A stretch of DNA of 64,000 nucleotides from a plasmid. The DNA is taken from the sequence record NC_009705.1; one strand, given 5' to 3'. This document shows positions 18,613 to 28,954 of the stretch, one piece after another (the stretch's first letter is position 1; every line of letters begins with the position of its first letter). The notes under the pieces were generated by a model. That model worked only from the letters and a program-made list of their open reading frames with translations, did no database searches and was not told where the DNA came from. The translations under genes were made by a program, and so were the position numbers.

Positions 18613-21131
18613 TATTCGCCTGATCCTGCATCGGGTGTTTCACTTTGGTAAAACGTCTCATCCTTACTAATCCCGCTCGCACTTCCTCTAGAGTCAGTGC
18701 TCCTAGTATCAACTGGATTGCCAGATGAAGATGATGATGAGCTACCACGCCCAGCATGACTTGAACCACCTCCTTTACCACCACCCCCTGTATCAGGTGA
18801 ATTAGCACCGTGCGGTGAGATAACTTCAGATGAAGCAATATGTTCATCTCTTCTGATCGGTTTTTCTAACCTGCTGTCAGTTCCTCCCCCCCCACTCTTC
18901 TCTAACCCGCCACGGGAACCAATGCGCGCCAGTGGACTATTTGGTGGCAACATATCATCACGCCCAATACGCTCAAATCCTCCACGCATATTCGAACTGG
19001 CGCTGGTTTCCCCCAGATCACTGATACCAATGTTAATCCATTTCAAAACGTGATCAGGCAAGATTTGTGGCAACGAAAAACACATATACATGATGGCCAA
19101 CAGCACTACACTGAACAACATCATCCACCACCCGAAACTAAAGAATTGGCTAATTGAGCCTATAACACCCGTAGATGTACCAATAGCCGCTTGAGTATCA
19201 AGAAATGCTTGGGCAGTAAAATCGATCATTGGATCTATGACAAGAATAGCCGCAAATAAACCGATAACCGCAAGCGCTGGTCGAACAAAAAGAGCCAACA
19301 GCAGCAAGTAACCTTGAGTTTGTGAGCCAATGAATGACCGCTCAGGGGTCATATGCATCATCGCCCATAAACAGACTGCGATAACGGTTTGCAACACAGC
19401 TAAAGTCCAGCCTGCATAAACAATCATAAAAATGGTATTTGGCATGGCAGGCAGTAACACTGAGAAATACATCGCCATCGGCGTCAGAAAACGCAATATT
19501 GAGGTAAGCTGCGCAACGGGAACAGCAATAACCCAATCCCATAGAGGCGTTGTGACTTTATCCGTATCAACCCCGATCCCCATGATTTTTACTGATGAGG
19601 CAGCACCAGATAAAATCCTGACAGATGTTGTCGCAGTTTCTAATATGTAAATTGAAGTCTGAACACTGCCTGACATAACCGACAGATAATCACCGATGCA
19701 TTTCATTCTATTGACTGATCCTCCCATCTGGCCAGCAGTGCCACAGGCTAAGGATTTACTGTTACCCCCCGCATCAATCGCTGTATCAATAACCGTGCGC
19801 ATCACACCATTAGTAAAAGAAGACATCTTGTCATCCATATCCTTTTGTAACGATCCTATATCGATAGAATCAACACTTTTGGGAATGGCATTAGCAATGT
19901 CTTGAGGGACGGCAACTTTGTTACTGTAGGCATCTTTAGACTCGGCACTTTTTATAATTCGCTCAGCGACAGTATTAACCGATGAAACGAGTTGTGTTGT
20001 TCGTGCATCGACAGGCATGGCCACAAAACTGGGGGATGAAACTTTGCCTACTTGAGCAGACATCACACCGGCAATCGCTCCCCTGATTGCTCCCACCTTT
20101 TGGAACCATGCGGCAGACTCAGCCCAACCATTCTTGATAATCGTCTCAACATACATATCCATTGTTCTGCTTAGCTGATTACCCCCGGCTTCACCTTGAC
20201 CACTGGCATCAGTAGCAATTTGATTTTCAGCTTGAACAACGATTTCATTTAATTTATTAGCATCTACCTGACTCCACCCCTCATCATTTAGCGTGACTGG
20301 CCATGTAGAAACCCAAGCATTAATGCTGTTCATTACCTGTTGGGCGACTTGCTGTTTTTCCGACTGCAAAGTTTCATGTAAGGTCTCTAAGATCTGATCC
20401 GAAGCAGAAGTCTTACTGACGGCTTTATAGTGAGTCAAAGTGACGGAACCACAGAAGGGTAAACCCCCGCCCAAATTTGTCGCGGCGTTACTGTCACGAT
20501 AAACAAATGAGATATCACCATTAATGTTGTTTATTTGTTCCTGCCCGACATTGGGGGTTGTTGTGTCATCTTTAAAAATACTATTTGCAACATGGGTACA
20601 ATATGCCACAGAGATATAATTGTTAGCGAAGTCACGTAAGCCGTAATACTCTCCCGACTTATTTATCCCGCCAACGATGGCATTGGGGGATAATATCCCA
20701 ATAGAAACACCAGCTTTATATATGCCATTGGCAAATCCTACCCCCCATAATGTAATCATAAGTACAATGATCTGGATAATAGAATATCCGCTTGCGGTCG
20801 GTAACAAAACTGCGGCTCCAGAAACTAAGCGCAGAGTTGTCCAGACTGTAGACCATTGTTTGCCCATTGCTTCGCCATCGTTTGCAGTATTAGTTACACC
20901 GACAATGGCCACATAAGAAACAAGCATAGAGGCAACAATCAACAACCCGCTATTAAAGAAGCTAAACATCATTGCGAGGATATTTGAACTCGCAGCAACA
21001 CTATTAGCGTCAGTTCCAAGAACCAAGCTATCAATAACACCACCAAAAACAGCTTTTAAATGATTTACCGAAACATCAGAACATTGCCCCGCAGCATCAC
21101 TAATCTCGCACGGTGAAAATGGCATACCCAT
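18609..21131 (-). CDS. DotA/TraY-like large polytopic inner-membrane protein of I-type (T4BSS) conjugation systems
   Basis: 840 aa, N-terminal TMs, large periplasmic segment, C-terminal multi-TM block and a Gly/Ser-rich tail. Assignment supported by context with other Dot/Icm-like genes. Confidence 0.45.
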   Translation of the reverse strand: MGMPFSPCEISDAAGQCSDVSVNHLKAVFGGVIDSLVLGTDANSVAASSNILAMMFSFFNSGLLIVASMLVSYVAIVGVTNTANDGEAMGKQWSTVWTTLRLVSGAAVLLPTASGYSIIQIIVLMITLWGVGFANGIYKAGVSIGILSPNAIVGGINKSGEYYGLRDFANNYISVAYCTHVANSIFKDDTTTPNVGQEQINNINGDISFVYRDSNAATNLGGGLPFCGSVTLTHYKAVSKTSASDQILETLHETLQSEKQQVAQQVMNSINAWVSTWPVTLNDEGWSQVDANKLNEIVVQAENQIATDASGQGEAGGNQLSRTMDMYVETIIKNGWAESAAWFQKVGAIRGAIAGVMSAQVGKVSSPSFVAMPVDARTTQLVSSVNTVAERIIKSAESKDAYSNKVAVPQDIANAIPKSVDSIDIGSLQKDMDDKMSSFTNGVMRTVIDTAIDAGGNSKSLACGTAGQMGGSVNRMKCIGDYLSVMSGSVQTSIYILETATTSVRILSGAASSVKIMGIGVDTDKVTTPLWDWVIAVPVAQLTSILRFLTPMAMYFSVLLPAMPNTIFMIVYAGWTLAVLQTVIAVCLWAMMHMTPERSFIGSQTQGYLLLLALFVRPALAVIGLFAAILVIDPMIDFTAQAFLDTQAAIGTSTGVIGSISQFFSFGWWMMLFSVVLLAIMYMCFSLPQILPDHVLKWINIGISDLGETSASSNMRGGFERIGRDDMLPPNSPLARIGSRGGLEKSGGGGTDSRLEKPIRRDEHIASSEVISPHGANSPDTGGGGKGGGSSHAGRGSSSSSSSGNPVDTRSTDSRGSASGISKDETFYQSETPDAGSGEY

Positions 21132-21325
21132 GCTAATTACCTCTATGGTATTTTACGTTTATTTTTCCTGCTATTAATTTATATTACCTCACTATTGAAA
21201 TACGGCCAAAGAATAACTGAATAAAACAAACCTTTTAAAATAACCATCAATTGGTATTTTTAATGATTCTACATAATCAATAACCCTCCGGTAATAAATA
21301 GGTTAAATTAATTATTTATTTCTCA

Positions 21326-21967
21326 ATGTACGCAGATAAGCGAGATATGCCGTGTTATGATATCTGGAGAAATGAAATGACTTGTTTTAAAGGTGATGCT
21401 ATGCAGCTTTCGGTAAAAGAAGCCTCATTCGCTGTGCTCGGATCAGTAATAATGCGTGAAAATGTCGTTGCAGGAACGAATGAAAAAATTGATATTAATG
21501 AAATTCTTTCTTCTTCGATAGGGGATTATCCCCCCTTCGCTATTATACAAAAAATGATGCTTGAGAAAGGAAGAGAGGCTATCAATGAATATATTGATAT
21601 TCGCAATACTTCTAGTAGATTGTATACAACGGCAATAACAACAATACATTCAGCAGCAATGATAAGTAGGCTTCACCATCAAGCTGCCATAGATAACATT
21701 TATGCTAAAGATCAAATTCGTGATGAAATCACTAAATCATTTCATGCCATTGAGAAAATGGACAGCAATAAGAGTGTGACAGACCGCTTTGAAAAGCTTT
21801 TAAGAAAAGAGATTATTACGGCGTTTCCAATGCAACAGGCTGATTTTGTTTCATCAATTATTGACGAAGCAGAAAAAAATTATGTTAATCAAGTACAATC
21901 CGCAGTTTTAGCCAAATATAATTTAGCATCTGACCAAAAAGACGTTAATAACGATCTCGATATGTGA
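21326..21967 (+). CDS. Hypothetical protein (213 aa)
   Basis: ORF. Confidence 0.35.
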   Translation: MYADKRDMPCYDIWRNEMTCFKGDAMQLSVKEASFAVLGSVIMRENVVAGTNEKIDINEILSSSIGDYPPFAIIQKMMLEKGREAINEYIDIRNTSSRLYTTAITTIHSAAMISRLHHQAAIDNIYAKDQIRDEITKSFHAIEKMDSNKSVTDRFEKLLRKEIITAFPMQQADFVSSIIDEAEKNYVNQVQSAVLAKYNLASDQKDVNNDLDM

Positions 21968-22329
21968 GGAACCCTATGTTAGCACCTAGCGATTTTAAAG
22001 GGGTAATACAGCCGATATTTACCTCATCAGGACGTGAAAGCCTCGCATCAAGGCAATCATCTTTACGAGAGTACAGTAATGATATAAAAGCAGCATTATC
22101 AATTTTACCGCCAGATGTTGTCTCTGGCGTGTTTAAGGAATACACCACGCCTACCCCAGATATTTTGAATAACGTCATGAATGCTATGTTGACCAAAGAA
22201 TTTGTTCTTGAGAACGCAGCACAAGGAAACAACATAGACAAAACATGGCTTGATTCTGGTGAAAAGCCAAGGAAAATTGACGAATCTAATTTAAGTTCTG
22301 AAGATGAATGGAACTCATTCGGTATGTAA
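21964..22329 (+). CDS. Hypothetical protein (121 aa), translationally coupled to upstream ORF
   Basis: ATGTGA overlap. Confidence 0.35.
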   Translation: MRNPMLAPSDFKGVIQPIFTSSGRESLASRQSSLREYSNDIKAALSILPPDVVSGVFKEYTTPTPDILNNVMNAMLTKEFVLENAAQGNNIDKTWLDSGEKPRKIDESNLSSEDEWNSFGM

Positions 22330-22360
22330 GTCTAAATGCCCGATAGTCGGGCATTTACAT

Positions 22361-23245
22361 TTAATAGTAGCAAATCTGTGATGCTGCTTTCAACCGTGTT
22401 ACAAACCGATGTGTATCACTTTTGCTATTGGTTGATGCCCCGTTATCCTTGGTATCAAGGTAACTTAGCGTCACATCGCAGTTGATAGGCAAGCCCAGCC
22501 CTATTTTCGCTAATCCACTCACGCTCATCGCATTGACTCGCTTAACATCACTTAAAAATAACTGGTGATCCTTGTCAGTCTTAAATGTCATGGCCAGTGG
22601 CGACGGTATCACTTCAATGCCGTACTCAGTCCCATTAGCCGAACGGGGATAGACATTCACTCGCACTTCGCTATACGCCATAGGAGATGTCTCTCTGAGC
22701 TTAAAAGCAGGCTGAGTGCTGTAAGACAATGTGAAGTCATTGTTATTTTTTAGTGTGGTTATAACATTATGTGAAAGATCGTCCCAGTAAACCGTATTCT
22801 TATTACTGTACTCACCTGAGATTAGCTCTACTTTTTCATCATAAGGCAATCCAGCTAGCTTAAGACTATGCTGATCACTATTATAGCGAGAGCGACATTT
22901 ATCATTCATCTCCGCATTGATATTGTGACTGTCAGATTTTGCAGTAAAGAGCATATAGCTTAAACAACCATAAGTTAATTTTCGATTTAAGTAACGTTCA
23001 TTACCCTTTTGGTTCGGGAGATCTTCAGAAGTGAGTGAGTTATCAGCTACAGCTTTAGAGGCTACTACATTGTCTCCAGAACCAAATACTGAAGATAGAT
23101 ATTTACCAACAGGAGTCTCGGCCACAACTTCTGGGTTATTTGTAATTCTGACTTTGGTACTACCATCTGGCTGCTTCTGAGAAGTGACACAAGCTGAAAG
23201 TAACAAAGCCAAAAAGCCTGTCAGAACCGCGCGTCTTCCTGCCAT
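22361..23245 (-). CDS. Lipoprotein (LLSAC lipobox), possible T4BSS/exclusion lipoprotein
   Basis: Signal peptide plus lipobox LALLLSACV. Confidence 0.45.
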   Translation of the reverse strand: MAGRRAVLTGFLALLLSACVTSQKQPDGSTKVRITNNPEVVAETPVGKYLSSVFGSGDNVVASKAVADNSLTSEDLPNQKGNERYLNRKLTYGCLSYMLFTAKSDSHNINAEMNDKCRSRYNSDQHSLKLAGLPYDEKVELISGEYSNKNTVYWDDLSHNVITTLKNNNDFTLSYSTQPAFKLRETSPMAYSEVRVNVYPRSANGTEYGIEVIPSPLAMTFKTDKDHQLFLSDVKRVNAMSVSGLAKIGLGLPINCDVTLSYLDTKDNGASTNSKSDTHRFVTRLKAASQICYY

Positions 23246-23256
23246 AATTTTAATCC

Positions 23257-23823
23257 TTATAAAAAATCAATATAGTTATTTTCACTGACTCGACTGTCAT
23301 CAAATTGTGAAATTGTTTTTATGATGTTCCCTGACGATACGCATAAAGGACTTTTAATCTCCTCTCCCACTTCAACAACCTTGCCATTGACTACTTTAAC
23401 GGCAAAGCAACGCAAAAAATCCACGCTGCTCATTTGCCGTAATTTTTGCTTACTGTCTACAAGCAAGCCAATCGTTAGGGGCTTTATCTTGATATCCATG
23501 CACTCTACCCCTACTGTCGTGAAGTAGATCCTGTCATCTATTGTCACTAACTCTATTGGAAGCAAGGAGAGCCACACAGCCTCATTCGCCTGTACACCAA
23601 GGATCAGTTCATCATTATGAATACAATAGGTAAATCGCCCAGATTGGAGCGTTGAGAATAACATAATCGATGACTTGTTAGGGTGCCGCGTAACTTCGTG
23701 CTGTCCAAAGGTATTTGCCCAACGTATAAAATTGCCATACGCGGCAACTTGCACTGCTGCCTTTGACAGTCTGGCTTTATCTTTTGCGCTGATATCATCT
23801 AGAGGATTTTTTTTCTCTGCCAT
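23257..23823 (-). CDS. Hypothetical protein (188 aa) in transfer gene cluster
   Basis: ORF with tight spacing. Confidence 0.35.
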   Translation of the reverse strand: MAEKKNPLDDISAKDKARLSKAAVQVAAYGNFIRWANTFGQHEVTRHPNKSSIMLFSTLQSGRFTYCIHNDELILGVQANEAVWLSLLPIELVTIDDRIYFTTVGVECMDIKIKPLTIGLLVDSKQKLRQMSSVDFLRCFAVKVVNGKVVEVGEEIKSPLCVSSGNIIKTISQFDDSRVSENNYIDFL

Positions 23824-23837
23824 AGTAGCCTTCTATT

Positions 23838-24656
23838 TCATCGATTTTTTTTAATTAAACGTTGCTGTTTTTCTACTATATAGAAAAAATCACCGACTAC
23901 TCGATTAAGGGTATTAGCTTTCATTTCATTTAGCCTACTCGAATATTTTTCTATTTTTTCCAAGTTAGAAGGTAACAACTCAAAGTGATGAGTCGTATTT
24001 TTTATTAACCCAACCTTTTTCGCCATAAATGTCTGAGACAATAACTTATCTGAACTTTGATTTGCTAGGTTCGCTATATGGGCGACAAGTTTTGCAAATC
24101 TCCTACTGTTTATATTGAAATGCAACCTAATATCTTTTTGCTTTGCCGTTGGATTTTCTACTAACCATCGGATGACACAATCAGACAATATCGTAAGTCC
24201 CTTAATATCCTCAAGATATCTAACACCAATATCAATTGCATTCATCTCTGTACGCTTAATTTCAAACTCTTGCCTTGATAGCGTTGAAACCAACACGGCA
24301 AAATAAGCTAAAATACTAGGGCAGCTTACAATTGAAAAACTGTCATTAACCGATGAATCAAGGGACTCACCACTTATATATAAAACACTCCTATATATAT
24401 AAAATCTTGATTTCACATATAACAGACCAAGTGCTATCTCTTCACAGGAAAACAGTTTATCACTGTATTTTTTACGTTCATTGTTTATGACTCTATGCAA
24501 CGAGATAACGGGAACGGGTTTAGAGGATAAACGTATCAACTCATGAATATCTTTTATTGCAATTGAAACATCAGGAACAGTGTCTATATCGATACCACAA
24601 TAATGCTGAGAAAAGTGAGCAATCTTATTCTTTGTTAGCTGAACTATTCGCCCCAT
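23838..24656 (-). CDS. Hypothetical protein (272 aa) in transfer gene cluster
   Basis: ORF. Confidence 0.35.
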   Translation of the reverse strand: MGRIVQLTKNKIAHFSQHYCGIDIDTVPDVSIAIKDIHELIRLSSKPVPVISLHRVINNERKKYSDKLFSCEEIALGLLYVKSRFYIYRSVLYISGESLDSSVNDSFSIVSCPSILAYFAVLVSTLSRQEFEIKRTEMNAIDIGVRYLEDIKGLTILSDCVIRWLVENPTAKQKDIRLHFNINSRRFAKLVAHIANLANQSSDKLLSQTFMAKKVGLIKNTTHHFELLPSNLEKIEKYSSRLNEMKANTLNRVVGDFFYIVEKQQRLIKKNR

Positions 24657-24887
24657 TGACGGCCCCGCTATTTTCCTTGGTTAAGAATAAACTTAATATA
24701 TCAGCGACACTTTTACCATCACTTATATGCATATCAACAACACATCTAATGTTGGGCAAATTTCTGCATATATCATTTTCATTTGCATAAACAGATTCAG
24801 CAATGAATTGACCGATTGCTGAACGGTTCATAATATCTTTTGATATAGGGATTGCTAAAAAACCCCATTTGAAATTATTACTTATAT

Positions 24888-25811
24888 TCATTGTGGCGCG
24901 AAACAGCCCGTATCAGAAGTCGTACCAATATCTAACCCCATTTTTTTCAATTGCTGCTTTGTGATCTCTACTTGTTGATCTACTGCGTTACTATTTTGGG
25001 CTGGAGTATTGAGCGCATTATAAAGGTCTTGTGATGAAGGTACATTCTCAAGATAGTTACCTAAGTTGTTCTGTATAAAATCATTTGGCATTAAGACATT
25101 TTCATTTGCTGAATTGTTATTGACAGGATCGAGCATTTTGATGATTTCTACTGTCGCACCCTGAGTTGTTAATGCTGAATTTGAAACTTGAACTTTATCA
25201 TCAGAACTGTAATAGGCATGAACGACAAAGACGATAATAAAAACCAACGGGGCCACAATACTAAACGTAGACCATCGTACATATTTTTTTTCTACCGGAA
25301 TGGGTTCAGCCTTAAACTCTTCGACATGTTCCCTTCGCCCTGACTTATTGATGTAATGTGACATTGCACTAAATAATGTGTTTGATAATCCCTGATTCAA
25401 AGCATGAGAAAAATCATCTTGAGTGTAATCGCTACTCAATTGCTTATTCTTGTTAAAAACATTAAATTTTCTTTTCTTAACAGACGCCTTAGGAAGGATA
25501 AAATTAAAATTTGCTAACACTTCACATTCATTTTCATGTCCATTTTTATTAAGGTAATTATTTTTAGAATGTAATGAAAATTTACCTTTAACGGACACTT
25601 CGTTTTTACCATAATCTATCAAATTATCGACTGATGCTATGAGAGAAAATGATCCAATAGAAGCTCTGTCGAAATTGGGCAAAACCAGTGATACCACCGA
25701 CCGTTCTAGATCTTTGTTATTATTTGAATCAAAAACGATTAAGGACTGCCCCTTTTCACCTAGCGCCGAAATCAAAATTCGTGGATTGAAAGGAAAAATG
25801 CAATTTGTCAT
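24888..25811 (-). CDS. Membrane-anchored hypothetical protein (307 aa)
   Basis: Single TM segment IVAPLVFIIVFVVHAYY. Confidence 0.35.
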   Translation of the reverse strand: MTNCIFPFNPRILISALGEKGQSLIVFDSNNNKDLERSVVSLVLPNFDRASIGSFSLIASVDNLIDYGKNEVSVKGKFSLHSKNNYLNKNGHENECEVLANFNFILPKASVKKRKFNVFNKNKQLSSDYTQDDFSHALNQGLSNTLFSAMSHYINKSGRREHVEEFKAEPIPVEKKYVRWSTFSIVAPLVFIIVFVVHAYYSSDDKVQVSNSALTTQGATVEIIKMLDPVNNNSANENVLMPNDFIQNNLGNYLENVPSSQDLYNALNTPAQNSNAVDQQVEITKQQLKKMGLDIGTTSDTGCFAPQ

Positions 25812-26819
25812 TTAATTGTTTCCTATGACTAACTTTGATTTACCAAACACGTCAATTAATACTTCTGCCTCTGATATACCCATGACTAATTTGGGACGTC
25901 CTGTCCGATGATCAATCATGAATGCAGCAGGAACCCCCGCTCTTTTGATCTCAGGTCTGGCTTTGAAGGCATCCATCAAAAATGTAAAATTGGCATCCAA
26001 CTGCTTTTTTGTCTCCTCAGTAGCAACTTCAGTGACGTTATTGACATTCTTTGTCATATTCTGAGCAAAAACGTTGTAATCCTGACGCTGAATAATCGCC
26101 GCTGAAATAGGGATACCATCAGGCATATATTCATTTGCTGGGCCTAAAGCAACTGTGGGTATCCACTTTATTGTAAAACCATTTGCGATATAGCCACGGC
26201 TCCGTGCAAAAGCATTGTGGCAATGAGGACATCGAGGATCAATAAAGATGTAAACTGTGTCCCCTATTGACCCTTTCCCCTCCTTATATCCAGCTAACCC
26301 ATCGAGTACCTTCATAACTTCAGGAATAGCCCCTGTATAGCTTCCCTGCATGGCATAAGGCATTTCTTGAGTCGTTACACTACCATCAGCAGCAAATATA
26401 GCCTGAGAGCCTACAGGCGCTGGCACTGGCACTGGCACTGGCACTGGCACTGGCACTGGCGCAGATACTGTATTCTCCTTCTGCATCTCCGAAGCAGAAA
26501 CCATCTTTCCTGTCGTTGCATCCCAGATTGTTCCACTAAAAATTGCATCACCACTATTCGTAGTAAATAGAATAACTTCCCTGCCGTTACTGCTAATTAA
26601 CCACTGGGTGATATCACTACTAATTCTTTTGTGTGCTACTACATTTCCATATTTTGAAATATTTTTCTCTGCTAAGGAGATAATAGAAGACCGAGTCTGC
26701 TCATTTTTCACTAATAATTCTTCATTTAATGTCAAAGGAGCGGCACCACTACAAATGCCAATAGCAGGCATTAACATCATTAAAGATGTAATTAACTTAA
26801 CTTTAGATTTCATAAACAC
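25812..26819 (-). CDS. Periplasmic thiol:disulfide interchange protein (DsbC/TrbB-like thioredoxin fold) with (PV)n linker
   Basis: Signal peptide, CPHC active-site motif in DPRCPHCHNAF, (PV)8 linker. Confidence 0.55.
   Translation of the reverse strand: MFMKSKVKLITSLMMLMPAIGICSGAAPLTLNEELLVKNEQTRSSIISLAEKNISKYGNVVAHKRISSDITQWLISSNGREVILFTTNSGDAIFSGTIWDATTGKMVSASEMQKENTVSAPVPVPVPVPVPVPAPVGSQAIFAADGSVTTQEMPYAMQGSYTGAIPEVMKVLDGLAGYKEGKGSIGDTVYIFIDPRCPHCHNAFARSRGYIANGFTIKWIPTVALGPANEYMPDGIPISAAIIQRQDYNVFAQNMTKNVNNVTEVATEETKKQLDANFTFLMDAFKARPEIKRAGVPAAFMIDHRTGRPKLVMGISEAEVLIDVFGKSKLVIGNN
26416..26463. repeat. (GGCACT)n hexanucleotide tandem repeat (~8 units) encoding the (PV)n linker
   Basis: Read directly. 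Confidence 0.9.
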
Positions 26820-26841
26820 CTCAAGGGATAATAACTTGTTA

Positions 26842-28155
26842 TTATTTTATATCTTCTAGTTTCTTCACGTTTTTATTGTAGAGCTTAATGTCTTTGGCTT
26901 CAAATTTATATACATGTACAGCGGTAATTAATCCTTCAATCACTTTATCCAACAGTGGTTCAGGATGTCCTTCACCAATTTTAAACTCATATAAATAATG
27001 ACCTAACACCCCTGCCCCTTCTGAAAAATATGATTGCCTCCCAATATTCTGGAGAATATGCCACATTTCACGATCATAAAATTTTAACCAGCGCATTTCA
27101 GCAGGTGGAAGTACACCTAGCCGTCTCGCTTGCATAAACATCCCTACAATAATAGTTCTAACATAGGCATGCTTCCTAAACACTTCTCGGACGGTTTCGC
27201 TTGATCTATAATAATGTGATATTAGTTTTTCTGCTTCAGAAACATCTATTTCTGGGTAAAGCCAGCTATCCTCTTCTATTTTTCTCTGTTTCGGTTTTTG
27301 CTTCTTACCTTTTTCACCTTTATCCGGCGGTTTAAATTGACTCCAGCAATAACTTATCATTTTTTTGCTATCATTCATGGCATTTTTAAAATCCTCATCA
27401 TTTAGCTCTGAATTTGTTGCAGCGACTCTAGGTATTGAAATTGCCAATAGCAATATTTCCGACTTCGATAAATACTTTAAATTCTTACCTTTCCAAAGTT
27501 TACCTAGCTGCTTGGTAAATATTTCCTTAGCTTTCGCTATATTAATATTTGGAGTAAATGATTTATCTTTGTTCTCTTCCCATCCTTCAATTAAGTCATG
27601 TTGTTTACAAAATTGCCTTGATGTTAATGACATCCCATAAACAGGATCAGTTAGAGACTTTGATATTAAATCAATTTGAGAAAACATTCTTAAATGTGGA
27701 TGAAGTTCTTTCTGCTCATTAACAAACGAAGCTAAATTATGTTGTCTTGAGTACTTTAGTTTAGGATGGTTTTTATCTGCGAAAATAAATAATCTTATGC
27801 ATTTATATAGAATATATGGAAAAGCAAATAAGTTAAATATCATCGATGAATTCGTTAACCTCCCCCACTCAATTAATGAGAGATCATTCCTGCATAAGCT
27901 CAGTAATTTATTTGGATCAGGATCACACACATCAGCTAACCAATTTCTTGCGTGACTTATAATCGGAACATCTACATAAGCACCCAATAAATTAATTACA
28001 TAAAGTTCTAAATACCTCATATAGACATATACCGTAGCCACTTCGGTATGAATAGATATCCAGATTATCCATGCCAGAAGAAATGCTGCAAAACCCAATG
28101 CTACTAATAGCATTGGGTTATCGGTCAGAGATTTACCTTCTCGTTTTTGACTCAC
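26842..28155 (-). CDS. Inner-membrane protein (437 aa), possibly DotM/IcmP/TrbA-like T4BSS component
   Basis: 2-3 N-terminal TMs plus a large cytoplasmic domain. Assignment is by context only. Confidence 0.3.
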   Translation of the reverse strand: MSQKREGKSLTDNPMLLVALGFAAFLLAWIIWISIHTEVATVYVYMRYLELYVINLLGAYVDVPIISHARNWLADVCDPDPNKLLSLCRNDLSLIEWGRLTNSSMIFNLFAFPYILYKCIRLFIFADKNHPKLKYSRQHNLASFVNEQKELHPHLRMFSQIDLISKSLTDPVYGMSLTSRQFCKQHDLIEGWEENKDKSFTPNINIAKAKEIFTKQLGKLWKGKNLKYLSKSEILLLAISIPRVAATNSELNDEDFKNAMNDSKKMISYCWSQFKPPDKGEKGKKQKPKQRKIEEDSWLYPEIDVSEAEKLISHYYRSSETVREVFRKHAYVRTIIVGMFMQARRLGVLPPAEMRWLKFYDREMWHILQNIGRQSYFSEGAGVLGHYLYEFKIGEGHPEPLLDKVIEGLITAVHVYKFEAKDIKLYNKNVKKLEDIK

Positions 28156-28168
28156 ATACCACTCCCTA

Positions 28169-28762
28169 TCACCAATTTAAAACATTCTTTATCTTTTCCT
28201 TTGCTTCTTTATTTATGTCTGAATCACTATCTTTAACTTTAACTGGATCAGTAGCATCCTGTTTAGGTTCAACGACACCTTTGCTTTGATTAGGAACTGT
28301 TGTAGCAAGCTGTTCAGCCATAGACTCAGAAACCAGCTTTTGGGGCTTTTTAACCAAATTATTATGATCGCGCTGTGCAAAATCTTCACGTTCGTGGCTA
28401 CCATTACCCGTCAGAACTGGCGTAGCGTCATCTTCACCATTCTCATTCGGCTTCTGCTGATTAATTCCATTTAAATCAACAAGATCGAAGTTTGGGGGCG
28501 TGTAGTAATTCAGATAAACAAGAAAATCTTCTTCGTTTAACCCCAGTTCTGTACACAAAGAGTAAATGGCATCTTTGTAAGTATAAGACTCCCCTAACTC
28601 ACTCATTCTTTGACGAATAAGGTTATAGCCATCAGTAACATGCTTCCTGACCATAACAGATTTAGCGCTACTAGGTAGCGCTTCATATTGTTGCAAAAAA
28701 CTTTCTTCCAGCGGGAAAGCACGACGCAACTTTATCTCATAGCGTTCGAATCGATCATCCAT
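28169..28762 (-). CDS. Hypothetical acidic protein (197 aa)
   Basis: ORF overlapping the upstream stop. Confidence 0.35.
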   Translation of the reverse strand: MDDRFERYEIKLRRAFPLEESFLQQYEALPSSAKSVMVRKHVTDGYNLIRQRMSELGESYTYKDAIYSLCTELGLNEEDFLVYLNYYTPPNFDLVDLNGINQQKPNENGEDDATPVLTGNGSHEREDFAQRDHNNLVKKPQKLVSESMAEQLATTVPNQSKGVVEPKQDATDPVKVKDSDSDINKEAKEKIKNVLNW

Positions 28763-28943
28763 TTGCTCCCCCTTTATCGCTGTTTACCAATTTTTGTCTG
28801 ACAGCCAAAAATATCATGAGCTTAATCAGATTAGCTCGCTCACCGTCTTTTGGCTGATCATTTAAAAACGCAGAGACCTCTCTCTGCGCTTTATCGTCAT
28901 TTGATAGCCTAAACGTAAGTCTTTCAACGTTTTTAATTGCCAT
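28755..28943 (-). CDS. Small ribbon-helix-helix-like protein, candidate ParR-type adaptor
   Basis: N-terminal beta-strand-like RLTFRLSNDDK directly downstream of the ParM-like gene. Confidence 0.3.
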   Translation of the reverse strand: MAIKNVERLTFRLSNDDKAQREVSAFLNDQPKDGERANLIKLMIFLAVRQKLVNSDKGGANG

Positions 28944-28954
28944 ACCCTGACCTT

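Noticed and set aside
19342-20916. Several 66-79-aa ORFs on either strand inside the 840-aa DotA-like gene
   Set aside because: They are shadow ORFs of a long, well-supported membrane-protein gene.
26367-26570. 67-aa plus-strand ORF containing HWHWHWHWHW
   Set aside because: Antisense reading of the (GGCACT)n microsatellite inside the minus-strand DsbC/TrbB-like gene.
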